DNA of 64,000 bases from an uncultured Bacteroidia bacterium (GCA_902768985.1 CACXNA010000003.1:58675-122674); one strand, 5' to 3'; positions 32,707 through 43,331 are shown, counted from the first letter of the stretch. Notes: a model not told the origin generated them from the letters alone. Numbers and translations: made by a program.

Positions 32707-35280
32707 GTGAATCTTTTGTCACGCATAGCGTTTCCCGTGGCCGTGACGGCTTTCGCCGCCACCGGGATTTTCGGACTCGGACAGGGGATTCCGGGTCAAG
32801 CCCGGAATGACTACCATGCAGCCGGGAATCCTTATGTGAATCCTGTGCAGGACACGGTCATCTATCCCGTGGCGGGGTACAAGCTGCGGCGCACGCTCTC
32901 GCTCGAGGAGATCACGGTGCGCGACACGTCCGGTTTCGAGGAGCTCGCGGACACGCTCGCCCTCGCCACCGACACGCTCCCCCCGCGCCTGAGCCCCCGC
33001 GACTCCCTCAAGGCCCTGCTGGACAGCACGATGTGGGACAAGCTCGACTCCATCTACCTCGCAGACTCCACGGCCAAGGCCAAGGCGGCCTTTGAGGCCT
33101 GGTACGCCGGACTCTCCAAAGCGGAACGCAAGAAATATGACACCGAGCAGCGTATCCAGCTGAAGATGGCACGGACTGACTCGCTGAAGAAAGCCAAGGA
33201 TGAACGCAAGAACATCCGCGACAGCATCGCAGAGACGACCCCGCGCATCCTCGAGACCTACGCGCTCCCGGATTCGCTCCACTACAAGCGCCTCGTCACC
33301 TGGACGCGCGACCCGGACTTCGGCAAGATGAACGCCGCCGTCCCCGACACCACCTACAACTTCCGCTTCCACGACTACGCCTTCCAGCGCAGCGACGTCA
33401 ACGCCACCTGGCTGGGCGTGGCCGGCTCGCCGGTCCAGCACTACAACTGGTTCCAGCGCAAGAGCGACGAAGGCGTGGAATTCTACGACGCGCAGGAGTC
33501 CTGGAGCTACTCGCACCGCACCCTGCCGCACTACAACACCAAGGTCCCCTACACCGAGCTCGCCTACTTCGGCACCCTCTTCGCCAAGTCGGCCAAGGAG
33601 TCGGACAACCTCCACCTCTTCACCACCCAGAACATCACCCCGGCTTTCAACTTCGCCCTGCTCTTCGACCGCTACGGCGGCGGGGGCATCCTGGACCGGG
33701 AAGAGACCGTCAACAAGACGGGCGTCGTGCAGGCCAACTACCTGGGCAAGCGCTACACCCTGCACGCCGGCTACATCTACAACATGGTCCGGCGCCAGGA
33801 GAACGGCGGCATGCGCGACATCGGCATGATCCGGGACACGACCGTGGACTCCCGCGACATCCGGATCAACCTCCTGAACGCCCAGTCCAAGATCAAGAAG
33901 AACACCGTCTTCCTCGACCAGCAGCTGCGCATCCCGTTCACCTTCATCGAGCGGCTGCGCGCCCGCCGCGACAGCACCTACGAGTATGACCCCGAGGGGC
34001 TCAACCGCGACATCACGACGGCCTTCATCGGCCACAGTTCCGAATTCTCCACCTACACCCGCATGTATACCGACGCCATCAACGACGAGTTCGGCGCCGC
34101 CCTGTACAACAACGTCTTCCGCTACGGGCAGTCGAGCGCCGACTCGCTGCGCGTGATGCGCCTGGACAACAAGGTCTACCTCCGGCTGCAGCCGTGGTCC
34201 AGCGAGGGCGTGGTCTCCCGCCTCGACGTGGGCGTGGGCGACTACCTCAAGCACTACTACGACAGCTCCGCCGTGCGCCCGCTCAAGCACGTCGAGAACT
34301 CCTTCTACGTCTACGCCGGTGCGGAGGGACAGATGTTCAAGACGGCCTGGTGGGACGCCAAGGCGCGCTTCGTCGTGCTCGGCCACGACGCCGGCGACTT
34401 CGGCGTGGAGGCCAACGCCGGCTTCCGCTTCTTCCCCTTCCGACGCGCCCGCAAGAGCCCGATCAGCGTGAGCGCCCATTTCGAGACCACGCTGGAGAAT
34501 CCGACGTACTACCAGCAGCACATCAACCTCAACCACTACATTTGGGACAACGCCTTCAGCAAGATCTCCACGACCCGCATCCAGGGCCGCCTGGACATCC
34601 CCTACTGGCGCATGTCGGCCGACGTGGGCTACGCCCTGCTGGCCGGCAACCTCTACTACGGCACGGACGGCGTCATCCGGCAGAACAGCACCGCCATGAG
34701 CGTGCTTTCCGCGCAGCTGCGCAAGGAATTCAAGATCGGCCCCGTGCACCTCGACCACCGGGCGCTCCTGCAGTTCTCCTCCAATTCGGATGTCCTGCCG
34801 CTGCCCCTGGCCGCCTTCAATTTCCGCTACTACGTCGAGTTCGTGGTGCAGCGCAACGAGCAGCGCCAGAACGTCATGACCATGCAGATAGGCGCGGACG
34901 CCTATTACAATACGCCCTGGCATTCCCCTGCCTGGAATCCCAACCTGGGCGTCTTCCACAACCAGACCGACCGGCTCTACACCAACGGCCCCTGGTTCGA
35001 CGTGTTCGTCAACGTGCAGTGGAAGCGCGCCTGTGTCTTCATCAAGTACCAGAACGCCGGCGTGGGCTGGCCCCTGCTGCATCCTGACTACTTCAGCGCC
35101 GACCGTTACATCATCACGCAAAACGGCATGGACGGCCTGAAGTTCGGTGTGTTCTGGCCCTTCTACACCCAGCCCCGCAACAGGAGCGCCTCCTCCTCGT
35201 CGTCGGGCAGGGCTTCCCAATCCGGCAGCAACCCGGCCGGAGGCGGGAACCGACCCAATCTCAGATCCAACTCCCGATGA
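32707..35280 (+). CDS. Large outer-membrane protein of the Bacteroidota 'putative porin' type
   Basis: About 857 aa from the GTG at 32707 (TTG 32716 is an alternative) with a signal-like N-terminus. The aromatic-rich beta-strand pattern continues to the C-terminus and ends in a Ser/Gly-rich tail. The start codon is uncertain. Confidence 0.65.
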   Translation: MNLLSRIAFPVAVTAFAATGIFGLGQGIPGQARNDYHAAGNPYVNPVQDTVIYPVAGYKLRRTLSLEEITVRDTSGFEELADTLALATDTLPPRLSPRDSLKALLDSTMWDKLDSIYLADSTAKAKAAFEAWYAGLSKAERKKYDTEQRIQLKMARTDSLKKAKDERKNIRDSIAETTPRILETYALPDSLHYKRLVTWTRDPDFGKMNAAVPDTTYNFRFHDYAFQRSDVNATWLGVAGSPVQHYNWFQRKSDEGVEFYDAQESWSYSHRTLPHYNTKVPYTELAYFGTLFAKSAKESDNLHLFTTQNITPAFNFALLFDRYGGGGILDREETVNKTGVVQANYLGKRYTLHAGYIYNMVRRQENGGMRDIGMIRDTTVDSRDIRINLLNAQSKIKKNTVFLDQQLRIPFTFIERLRARRDSTYEYDPEGLNRDITTAFIGHSSEFSTYTRMYTDAINDEFGAALYNNVFRYGQSSADSLRVMRLDNKVYLRLQPWSSEGVVSRLDVGVGDYLKHYYDSSAVRPLKHVENSFYVYAGAEGQMFKTAWWDAKARFVVLGHDAGDFGVEANAGFRFFPFRRARKSPISVSAHFETTLENPTYYQQHINLNHYIWDNAFSKISTTRIQGRLDIPYWRMSADVGYALLAGNLYYGTDGVIRQNSTAMSVLSAQLRKEFKIGPVHLDHRALLQFSSNSDVLPLPLAAFNFRYYVEFVVQRNEQRQNVMTMQIGADAYYNTPWHSPAWNPNLGVFHNQTDRLYTNGPWFDVFVNVQWKRACVFIKYQNAGVGWPLLHPDYFSADRYIITQNGMDGLKFGVFWPFYTQPRNRSASSSSSGRASQSGSNPAGGGNRPNLRSNSR
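32787..32811 (+). repeat. 25-nt palindromic element P25, copy 3 (inside the porin CDS, encodes IPGQARND)
   Basis: It is identical to copy 2 and lies in frame in the N-terminal region of the porin ORF. Confidence 0.85.
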
Positions 35281-36311
35281 TCCGCAAAGAGACCGTCTGT
35301 CTGATTGTCGCCACCGCGCTGATAGCCGGAGCGGCAATCACCGCCCGTTTTGCCCACCGTCCGGAGCCGCGCGTGAAGCCGGAGCACATCCGGGGCGTGC
35401 TGGAGCTCGCCCCGCTCGCGGACACGTCCAGGGCCCTCATCATTGGCTACCATTATCATTTGCTGAAGCGCTTTGCCGCCGACAACGGCCAGGACATCGA
35501 CATCTGCCTGACTGAGCGCAACAACACCTACCTCGACTCGCTGCGCGCCGGAGTCGTGGACATCGTCGTCGTCCCCTGGGGCGACAGCCTGGCCGTGGAC
35601 AGCGTGCTGATCTCCGTCCCCGTGGACAGCATGAGCGTCTGGCTGATGCGCCACGACGAGCATGCGGGCATGCATGAACTCAACGAGTGGATCGACAGCT
35701 GGCACGCTTCCGCGGAATACGCCCCCACGCGCGAGGTCTTCCTGCGCCGCTTCAACCCCTACCGGAGCCGTCCCCGCGCGTACGTCAGCCCCTACGACAG
35801 CCTGATCCGCCTCCACGCCGACTCCGTCGGGGTGGACTGGCACCTGCTGGCCGCCGTGATGTACCAGGAGTCACGCTTCCACATCGAGGCCCGCTCGTCG
35901 CGCGGCGCGATGGGCCTCATGCAGATGATGCCCAAGACCGCCGCGAGCTACGGTGTCACGGATCCGCTGGATCCGGACATGAACATCCGCGCGGGCGCGC
36001 TCTCGCTCGCCTCGCTCATCAAGCGCTACTACAGCGTCTCGGACGACCGCAACGAACGCTACAAATACGCCCTGGCGGGCTACAACGCCGGCATCGGGCG
36101 CATCGACGACGTCATCAACCTCGCACGCCACCTGGGCGTGGACACTAACAGCTGGGACAACATCGTGAACGAGGTGCTGCCGCAAATGGGAGATGAAACT
36201 TTCGTGGAAAACGAAATCGTGAAAATAGGCCCCTTCCGGGGCACGGAAACCTGCGTGTACGTGGAGCGGACGATGGAGGTGTTCAATCACCTTTACCGGA
36301 TCTGCCCCTGA
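35277..36311 (+). CDS. MltF-like lytic transglycosylase (solute-binding-like N-domain plus SLT domain)
   Basis: SLT motifs YQESRFHIEARSSRGAMGLMQMMPKTA and LAGYNAG. The ATGA start overlaps the porin stop. Confidence 0.85.
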   Translation: MIRKETVCLIVATALIAGAAITARFAHRPEPRVKPEHIRGVLELAPLADTSRALIIGYHYHLLKRFAADNGQDIDICLTERNNTYLDSLRAGVVDIVVVPWGDSLAVDSVLISVPVDSMSVWLMRHDEHAGMHELNEWIDSWHASAEYAPTREVFLRRFNPYRSRPRAYVSPYDSLIRLHADSVGVDWHLLAAVMYQESRFHIEARSSRGAMGLMQMMPKTAASYGVTDPLDPDMNIRAGALSLASLIKRYYSVSDDRNERYKYALAGYNAGIGRIDDVINLARHLGVDTNSWDNIVNEVLPQMGDETFVENEIVKIGPFRGTETCVYVERTMEVFNHLYRICP

Positions 36312-36999
36312 GCAGGGCCACCAGCGGGTCCGTCAGGCGCATCATCGCGCCCGGCAGGATCGCGAGCAGGAGCGTACCCAGGCCGATGACGATGCCCGGC
36401 GTGCGCGCCAGCAGCAGGTCCGCCCAGCCGGTGAATTTCCCGGCGCCGAACAGGTCGCCGAAGAAGAGCAGGCAGAGCAGCGCCGCGATCACCACCATCA
36501 GCGAATCCATCACCACCTTGACCGGGCCGAAAGGCTTCTTGAACACCTGGCTGAACGCCGCCACCGTCATCTCGGCCGACAGCATCCAGGCGTTCGCCGC
36601 CACTTCGATGCTCACGCCAAAAGCGGTCACCAGCCCGGCCAGCACCGTCAGGCCCAGGCGGGCGCCGAAGGTCGCCGGGTGCAGCCACGACAGCGCCCAG
36701 AGGCTGGCGTCGATCAGGTAGCCGAACAGCGCTGAAGCCACAATCTGCATCAGGAAGCGGGCCTGGAAAGCCCGGCGCCACAGCGCCAGCTGGATGATGA
36801 TCAGGGAAGTATTCACCAGGAGCGTGAACGTCCCCACGGAGAGGGCCGGCCAGCGCAGGTTGAGCACGTAGGCCGGACACGACAGCGGGGCCGTGCCGAG
36901 GTTGGAGATGATCGACAGCGCCACGCCGAGCGCCACGAAGATCAGGCCCACGGTCGCCACGCTGTATCGGCGGACTATATCGATTGCTTTCTCATTCAT
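36283..36999 (-). CDS. YczE/YitT-like integral membrane protein
   Basis: 238 aa with about 6 TM segments and N-terminus VATVGLIFVALGVALSIISNLGTAPLSCPAYVL. Confidence 0.65.
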   Translation of the reverse strand: MNEKAIDIVRRYSVATVGLIFVALGVALSIISNLGTAPLSCPAYVLNLRWPALSVGTFTLLVNTSLIIIQLALWRRAFQARFLMQIVASALFGYLIDASLWALSWLHPATFGARLGLTVLAGLVTAFGVSIEVAANAWMLSAEMTVAAFSQVFKKPFGPVKVVMDSLMVVIAALLCLLFFGDLFGAGKFTGWADLLLARTPGIVIGLGTLLLAILPGAMMRLTDPLVALLRGRSGKGD

Positions 37000-37069
37000 T
37001 TACGCAGCAAATATCGGAAATTTCCTTAAATTCGCAGTCTGTTTTGCAATGAACTAATAATATATTGAT

Positions 37070-39085
37070 ATGAAAAAGTTTTTGGCAGTTATGATTCCTG
37101 TGATGATGCTGGCGGCCTGCCAGCCCAAGGAAACGAAGGCGCCGGCCCTGGATCCGACCGACATGGACCTGACCGTGGCGCCCGGTGCGGATTTCTTCCA
37201 GTACGCCAACGGCGGCTGGATGGCAAAGAACCCCCTGAAACCCGAATACGCCCGCTTCGGCTCCTTCGACGTGCTCCGCGAGAAGAACGTCGAGGACCTG
37301 AACGCCCTGTTCTCCGAGATGACGAACATGAACCCGGAGCCGGGTTCCATCGACCAGAAGATCGTTGACCTGTACAAGCAGGGCCTCGATTCTACCCGCC
37401 TCAACGAGGAGGGTGCCGCCCCGATCAAGAAGTACCTCGACGAGCTGTACGCCGTCGCGGACAAGAAAGCGCTCGCCGCGCACCTCGGCCAGCTGAACCT
37501 CGTCGGCGAGGGCGGCTTCTTCGGGGGCGGCGTGGACGCCGACCTGATGGACAGCAAGACCCAGGTCTTCTACCTGGGCCAGGGCGGCCTCGGCATGGGC
37601 GACCGCGACTACTACGTGGACGCGGCCAACGCCGAGCTGCGCAAGGGCTATGAAGCGATGCTCGCCAAGCTCTTCGCCCTCGCGGGCCTGGACAACGCCG
37701 AGCAGCGCGCCGCCAACGCCGCGGGCGTCGAAGACAAGCTGGCGCAGTTCTCCTGGACCAGCGTCCAGAACCGCGATGTCGAGAAGCTCTACAACCCGAT
37801 GAGCTCCGCCCAGATTTTCAAGGCTTACCCGGGCTTCGACTTCAAGACCTTCTGCGAGGCGATGAACATCCCCACCGACCTGGACAAGATCATCGTGGAG
37901 CAGCCGTCCTACTTCCAGGGCTTCAGCAAGCTCTTCAAGGACACCAAGATCGAGGTCCTCAAGGACTACCTCGCCGGCCAGCTGCTCCGCAGCGCCGCCG
38001 GCTCCCTGTCCGACGACTTCTATGCCGCCAGCTTCGACTTCTTCAGCACCCAGATGAGCGGCATCACCGAGCAGAAGCCGCGCTGGAAGCGCGCCATGAG
38101 CGTTCCTAACAGCATCCTCGGCGAGGCCGTCGGCCAGATGTACGTCGCCAAGTTCTTCCCCGAGACCTCCAAGCAGAAGATGCTCGACCTGGTGAAGAAC
38201 CTGCAGGTCTCCCTCGGCCAGCACATCGACTCCCTGGAGTGGATGTCCGACGCCACCAAGGCCAAGGCCCGCGAGAAACTCGCCGCCTTCACCGTGAAGA
38301 TCGGCTATCCTGACAAGTGGAAGGACTACAGCACCCTCACCGTCGATCCGACCCTGAGCTACTACGAGAACCTGCGCGCCGCCAGCGCCTGGTACGTGGC
38401 CGACAACCTGTCCAAGCTCGGCAAGCCGACCGACCCGACCGAGTGGGGCATGACTCCGCAGACGGTCAACGCCTACTACAACCCGACGACCAACGAGATC
38501 TGCTTCCCGGCCGGTATCCTCCAGCCGCCGTTCTTCAACCCGGAGGCGGACGACGCCGTGAACTACGGCGCCATCGGCGTGGTGATCGGCCACGAGATGA
38601 CCCACGGCTTTGACGACCAGGGCAGCCTGTTCGACAAGGACGGCAACATGAACAACTGGTGGACCGCCGAGGACCGCGCCGCCTTCGTGGAGAAGACCAA
38701 GGTGCTGGTGGACCAGTTCAACGAGGTGGAGATCGTGCCGGGCCTGATGGCCAACGGCGCCCTGACCCTCGGTGAGAACATCGCCGACCACGGCGGCGTG
38801 AGCGTGGCCTGGACGGCCCTGCACAACGCCCTGAACGGCGAGGTGCCCGCCCCGATCGACGGCTTCACCGCCGAGCAGCGCTTCTTCCTCGGCTACGCCC
38901 GCGTCTGGGCGCAGAACATCACCGATGAGGAGAAGGCCCGCCTGACCAAGCTCGACGTCCACTCGCTGGGCAACAACCGCGTGAACGTGACCCTGCGCAA
39001 CTTCGGCTACTTCTTCGATGCTTTCGGCATCCAGGAAGGCGATGCGATGTGGCGTCCGGAGGCCGAGCGCGTCCATATCTGGTAA
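37070..39085 (+). CDS. pepO: M13 family metallopeptidase (PepO / endothelin-converting-enzyme-like) lipoprotein
   Basis: 671 aa with a lipobox (MLAACQ), zinc motif VIGHEMTHGFD and downstream ENIADHGG. Confidence 0.95.
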   Translation: MKKFLAVMIPVMMLAACQPKETKAPALDPTDMDLTVAPGADFFQYANGGWMAKNPLKPEYARFGSFDVLREKNVEDLNALFSEMTNMNPEPGSIDQKIVDLYKQGLDSTRLNEEGAAPIKKYLDELYAVADKKALAAHLGQLNLVGEGGFFGGGVDADLMDSKTQVFYLGQGGLGMGDRDYYVDAANAELRKGYEAMLAKLFALAGLDNAEQRAANAAGVEDKLAQFSWTSVQNRDVEKLYNPMSSAQIFKAYPGFDFKTFCEAMNIPTDLDKIIVEQPSYFQGFSKLFKDTKIEVLKDYLAGQLLRSAAGSLSDDFYAASFDFFSTQMSGITEQKPRWKRAMSVPNSILGEAVGQMYVAKFFPETSKQKMLDLVKNLQVSLGQHIDSLEWMSDATKAKAREKLAAFTVKIGYPDKWKDYSTLTVDPTLSYYENLRAASAWYVADNLSKLGKPTDPTEWGMTPQTVNAYYNPTTNEICFPAGILQPPFFNPEADDAVNYGAIGVVIGHEMTHGFDDQGSLFDKDGNMNNWWTAEDRAAFVEKTKVLVDQFNEVEIVPGLMANGALTLGENIADHGGVSVAWTALHNALNGEVPAPIDGFTAEQRFFLGYARVWAQNITDEEKARLTKLDVHSLGNNRVNVTLRNFGYFFDAFGIQEGDAMWRPEAERVHIW

Positions 39086-39089
39086 TTTC

Positions 39090-40247
39090 ATGCAGGCCGA
39101 AGGCTTCATCGCCCGGCGCCTGCGCGTCAAGGAGAAGATGGCGGTCACGGCGATCGCCATCTCCTTCTTTGTTATTATTATCGCTGTCGCCATCTCCGCC
39201 GGCTTCCGCCGGGAGATCCGCGGCGGCGTCTCGGCGGTCACGGGCGATGTCCTGCTGACCAATTCCACCGCCGACCTGACCGGCGGCGCCGATCCCGTCC
39301 GCACCCCCTCCTGCCTGAAGGACCTGGAGGGGGTGCGCGGCGTGGAGCGGATCGAGCCGGTGGTCTACAGCGCCGGCATCCTCCGGCTGGGCGACGACAT
39401 CCAGGGCGCCATGTTCAAGGGCACGGCGGCCGACACCGTCTCGATGGGCGTGCGCATCCCCGCCACGCTCGCCGGCCGCTTCGACCTCAGTGTCGGGGAC
39501 GACCTGGTCGCCTACTACGCCGGCGAGAAGACCAAAATCCGCCGCTGGCACATCATAGAAATCTACGAGAGCCCCATGGCCACGGAGGACGGGCAGCTGC
39601 TATATGTCCCAATCGGGGACCTGCGGCGCCTGCACGAGTGGGACGAGGACGAATCTTCCCTGCTGGAAGTGAATCTGGCGCCGCGCCTGCGCAGCCGCAA
39701 GGCCCTCGCGGAGAAGACCGCGGAGCTGGGCTGGCGCGCACACATGGGCGCGGCGGACAGCGAGGAGCCGCTGCGCGCCGTCGCGGCCACCGAGCGCTTC
39801 CCCCAGCTGTTCGACTGGCTGGACCTCATTGACTTCAACGTGTATGCGATCCTGCTGCTGATGACCGTCGTGGCGGGGTTCAACATGATTTCCGGGCTGC
39901 TGATCCTGCTCTTCCGGCACGTCTCCACGATCGGCACCCTCAAGACCCTCGGCATGGGCAACCGCGCCGTCGCCGGCGTCTTCCTGCGCGTGGGCGCCCG
40001 CTCGGCCGCCATCGGCATGGCCGCGGGCAACGCGCTCGCGCTGCTCTTCTGCCTGGTCCAGGGCACGACGCACTGGATCAAGCTGAATCCGGAGAATTAC
40101 TTTGTGTCTTTCGTGCCCGTGCACGTGAACCTGCCGGGCATCCTGCTGGCGGACGCCGCCGCTTTCGCGGGGATCTTACTTCTGTTGCTGATTCCGACCC
40201 TCTTTATTTCGAAGGTCGATCCCGCCGAGACCGTCAAGGCGGAATAG
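39090..40247 (+). CDS. FtsX-like ABC transporter permease (LolC/E family)
   Basis: The start is MQAEGFIARRL. It has an N-terminal TM, a periplasmic domain and a C-terminal FtsX domain with three TM segments. Confidence 0.85.
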   Translation: MQAEGFIARRLRVKEKMAVTAIAISFFVIIIAVAISAGFRREIRGGVSAVTGDVLLTNSTADLTGGADPVRTPSCLKDLEGVRGVERIEPVVYSAGILRLGDDIQGAMFKGTAADTVSMGVRIPATLAGRFDLSVGDDLVAYYAGEKTKIRRWHIIEIYESPMATEDGQLLYVPIGDLRRLHEWDEDESSLLEVNLAPRLRSRKALAEKTAELGWRAHMGAADSEEPLRAVAATERFPQLFDWLDLIDFNVYAILLLMTVVAGFNMISGLLILLFRHVSTIGTLKTLGMGNRAVAGVFLRVGARSAAIGMAAGNALALLFCLVQGTTHWIKLNPENYFVSFVPVHVNLPGILLADAAAFAGILLLLLIPTLFISKVDPAETVKAE

Positions 40248-40251
40248 ATTG

Positions 40252-41085
40252 CTATTTTTTCGCAGCCGCCTGCTTGCGCTCGATGAGGCGCAGATTCTGC
40301 GTGGCGGCGTAGTCATTGGGGTCGAGCTTCAGGGCCTTCTGGTAGTATTTGGCGGCCTGTTTGTCGTTGCCCTTGGCGGCCCGCCACCAGGACCCGATGT
40401 TGTCCAGGAAGACGGGGTTCTTGGGATAGAGCTTGTTCATCCGCTCGGAGATCTCGCGGAAATAATCGTATGCGCCGGTGTTGCCGATCTGGAAGAGGCT
40501 GGCGCAATACTCGGCCACGCCCTGCTGGAAAAGGTCCTCGTCGGCGGGCTCGCCGGCCATCGTCCAGGCGGGGTGCGACTTGGCGTTGCGCTCGATCAGC
40601 GCCTTGATCGCGGCGGCGGCCATGTCGGGGCTCTCCTTCTCGTAGGCGAGCAGCGCCGTGATCTTGAGGTACTGCCAGCGGAGCTCGTTGGGCTGGGCGG
40701 CGATCTGCGCGTCCACCACCTTCATGGCTTCGCCGAAGAGCTCCTCGTCGTAGAAATTCTCCTCGAAATAGTTGACGTCGTTGCCGTTGGCGTCCTTGAG
40801 GGTGACGGTCGGCGCGTTGCCGAGGAATTTGCGCTGGCTGCCTTTGGGCACGATCTCCGTGCGCTGCGCCTTGTGGAACCAGTAGTTAAAGCGGGCCACG
40901 GGCACGTCAGTGCTCTCCGGGAAGGCTTCCTCCCAGCGGTCGAGCAGGGTCTCCACGCCCACGCCGGCGTAGCCGACATTGCGGACCAGGCGCTCGTAGC
41001 GCGCCTGAAATTCTTCCGGGGTGGTCTGGGCCGCAGCGGCGGCGCAGGCGGCCAGGGCCGCCAAGAGTATCATCAGTTTCTTCAT
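40252..41085 (-). CDS. Secreted TPR-like repeat protein
   Basis: The start MKKLMILLAALAACAAAAAQ gives a signal peptide. The C-terminus (AAKYYQKALKLDPNDYAATQNL) is TPR-like. Confidence 0.6.
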   Translation of the reverse strand: MKKLMILLAALAACAAAAAQTTPEEFQARYERLVRNVGYAGVGVETLLDRWEEAFPESTDVPVARFNYWFHKAQRTEIVPKGSQRKFLGNAPTVTLKDANGNDVNYFEENFYDEELFGEAMKVVDAQIAAQPNELRWQYLKITALLAYEKESPDMAAAAIKALIERNAKSHPAWTMAGEPADEDLFQQGVAEYCASLFQIGNTGAYDYFREISERMNKLYPKNPVFLDNIGSWWRAAKGNDKQAAKYYQKALKLDPNDYAATQNLRLIERKQAAAKK

Positions 41086-41089
41086 ATTC

Positions 41090-42220
41090 CTATACATTCA
41101 TCAGGATCCGGCGGTCCTTGGGCAGCAGGTTGTTGCATCGGTTGCCGATGTTCTTGACAAAGCCCAGGGGGTGTCCCAGATACGTGACTGCGTTGTAGCC
41201 GGGAGCGGCCTGCGGCAGCACGAGCGCGTCCCGGTGAAGGAAGCGCAGGGCCGTCTGCCGGTCCACGTCCACGCAGTGGTAGTCATTCCTATCAAATATT
41301 ATGCTCAACGCGTAGTCCGCGTCCGGCACGAAATCCTTGCCTTTCAGTTCGCCCTTCCGCAGGCCGCCGGGGCGCAGCGGGCGCAGGACGCCCAGGTCCG
41401 CCTTCTTCGCCGCGGGCTGCGGCGCGGTCTTGCGCAGCGCGCCGGCCCACTGCCCCTCGCCCGGCACGACGCCCGCTTCCAGCAGGTGTCCGTGGGGCGT
41501 GCGGCGCACGCCGGATTCCTCGAATTCCGCCTCCGGCGCGAGGATCTCGCCGCCCAGCTCGGCGGCCGCCCAGGCGAGGTTGTCGTCATTCTCCGCGGCC
41601 TCGTAGGTGCAGGTGCTGTAGAGCAGCCAGCCGCCTTCGCGCAGCGCCGGCCACACATCCGCGAGGATGCGCTTCTGGCGCGCCGCGCACAGGTCCACGA
41701 CCGCCGGGCTCCATTCCTCGCGGGCCCGCGGGTCCTTGCGGAACATGCCCTCGCCGCTGCACGGCACGTCGGCGACGATGATGTCAAAGTAGCCGCGCAG
41801 CTGCGCGAACGCCGCCGGGTCCACGCTGGTCACGACCACGTTCGGGTCGCCCCAGCGGGCCACGTTGTCGTCCAGCACGCCCACGCGCGCCTTCATCACC
41901 TCGTTCGCCACCAGCACGAAATCATCCCCGCACACCTCCCGCAGCGACGCCGCCAGATCTGTCGTCTTCCCTCCGGGAGCCGCACACAGATCAAGAACTC
42001 TTGTTGTATTTTTTGTAATTAGTTTTCGGAAGAGATGACCTACGTACATGGCGGAAGAGTCTTGTACATAGTAGCAACCGGCATGGAAGAGGGGGTCGAG
42101 GGTGAAAACGGGCCGCTCCGACAGGATGCGGCCGTACGGCGACCAGGGGACCGGCGTACCGGCCGGCCCGTCAAGTCCCTTGAACGGATTGAGTCGAATC
42201 GAGACGGAAGCCTCCTCCAT
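41090..42220 (-). CDS. RsmB/RsmF-type rRNA cytosine-C5 methyltransferase
   Basis: Motifs VLDLCAAPGGKTT, DVPCSGEGMFRK and LLYSTCT. Confidence 0.85.
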   Translation of the reverse strand: MEEASVSIRLNPFKGLDGPAGTPVPWSPYGRILSERPVFTLDPLFHAGCYYVQDSSAMYVGHLFRKLITKNTTRVLDLCAAPGGKTTDLAASLREVCGDDFVLVANEVMKARVGVLDDNVARWGDPNVVVTSVDPAAFAQLRGYFDIIVADVPCSGEGMFRKDPRAREEWSPAVVDLCAARQKRILADVWPALREGGWLLYSTCTYEAAENDDNLAWAAAELGGEILAPEAEFEESGVRRTPHGHLLEAGVVPGEGQWAGALRKTAPQPAAKKADLGVLRPLRPGGLRKGELKGKDFVPDADYALSIIFDRNDYHCVDVDRQTALRFLHRDALVLPQAAPGYNAVTYLGHPLGFVKNIGNRCNNLLPKDRRILMNV

Positions 42221-42663
42221 CAGCCCTTCAGATCATCCGGCATCTGCGGCATGCGCCCCTCGGAGGCGTCCACGAGACTGTCCACCATCTTGTCGATCGC
42301 CTGCTGCAACTTGTTGCCCAGCATCGTCTTCATCATGAAATTCAGATTGGCATCCAGATCGATCCAGAAATCGGTCCGGCCCGGAATCTGCGACGGCTCG
42401 AAATGCAGCACCGCCACAAACTCCACCGGCGACTCGCTGCTGCCGATGCGGATCAGCCGGTACGGCTGCCGCTCGTCAATGCGCACCCCGATCCGGAAGC
42501 CCTGGACCGTGGCCGTCAGGCTGTCGTAGTCAGCCGTGATCTCGGCCTTGACCTTGTCCTGCGGCACCATCTGCGCGAACGTGCGCATGTCCGTGAAAGC
42601 CATGAACAACTCCTCGGGACGCTTGGCCACCTGGCCGTGTTTGCTGGTATAATGTGCTGTCAT
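42220..42663 (-). CDS. Hypothetical protein, SRPBCC/START-like
   Basis: 147 aa whose size and secondary-structure pattern suggest a polyketide-cyclase-like fold. It is coupled to the downstream methyltransferase gene. Confidence 0.45.
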   Translation of the reverse strand: MTAHYTSKHGQVAKRPEELFMAFTDMRTFAQMVPQDKVKAEITADYDSLTATVQGFRIGVRIDERQPYRLIRIGSSESPVEFVAVLHFEPSQIPGRTDFWIDLDANLNFMMKTMLGNKLQQAIDKMVDSLVDASEGRMPQMPDDLKG

Positions 42664-42668
42664 AGTCT

Positions 42669-43331
42669 ATGAAAAATGATTACATTTGTACGATCGAATG
42701 CAAAGATAGCAAAATTCTGATGCACAGGATATATTTCGAACGACGCTGCATCATCATCTGCAGCCCCGATGAACAGGCGCTCTCCGACCCCAACGCCGTG
42801 GAGTTCCACTTCGGCGAGCGCATCGACATCCACACCCTCGTGGCCATGTTCGAAGCGTCCGAATCCCTGTCCCGCATCTACATCCCCACCGACAACACCG
42901 CCTGGATGTACCGCCGCGTCTGCGCGGAATTCCGCGAAGTCGACGCCGCCGGCGGACTCGTCTCCAACCGCCGCGGCGACTACCTGCTGATCCAGCGCAG
43001 CGGCCTCTGGGACCTCCCCAAGGGTCACCGCGAAGCGGGCGAGGACATCGAGGTCACGGCCCTGCGCGAAGTGCAGGAAGAGACGGGCGTGGACCAGTTG
43101 GAGCTGCGCGACCTGATCTGCGTCACGGACCATTGCTACCTGCGCGACGGCATCTGGCACCTCAAGCACACCTGGTGGTACGACATGCTCTACACCGACC
43201 CGGTGGACCTCACCCCGCAGCGCGAAGAAGACATCTCCCGCGCCGCCTGGGTGGCCCGCTCCAGCCTGCCCCCCTTCCTGAAGAACACCTATCCTTCTAT
43301 CCAGGAAGTCTTCCGCGAAGCGAAAGTATAA
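42669..43331 (+). CDS. NUDIX hydrolase
   Basis: Nudix box GLWDLPKGHREAGEDIEVTALREVQEETG. Confidence 0.85.
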   Translation: MKNDYICTIECKDSKILMHRIYFERRCIIICSPDEQALSDPNAVEFHFGERIDIHTLVAMFEASESLSRIYIPTDNTAWMYRRVCAEFREVDAAGGLVSNRRGDYLLIQRSGLWDLPKGHREAGEDIEVTALREVQEETGVDQLELRDLICVTDHCYLRDGIWHLKHTWWYDMLYTDPVDLTPQREEDISRAAWVARSSLPPFLKNTYPSIQEVFREAKV

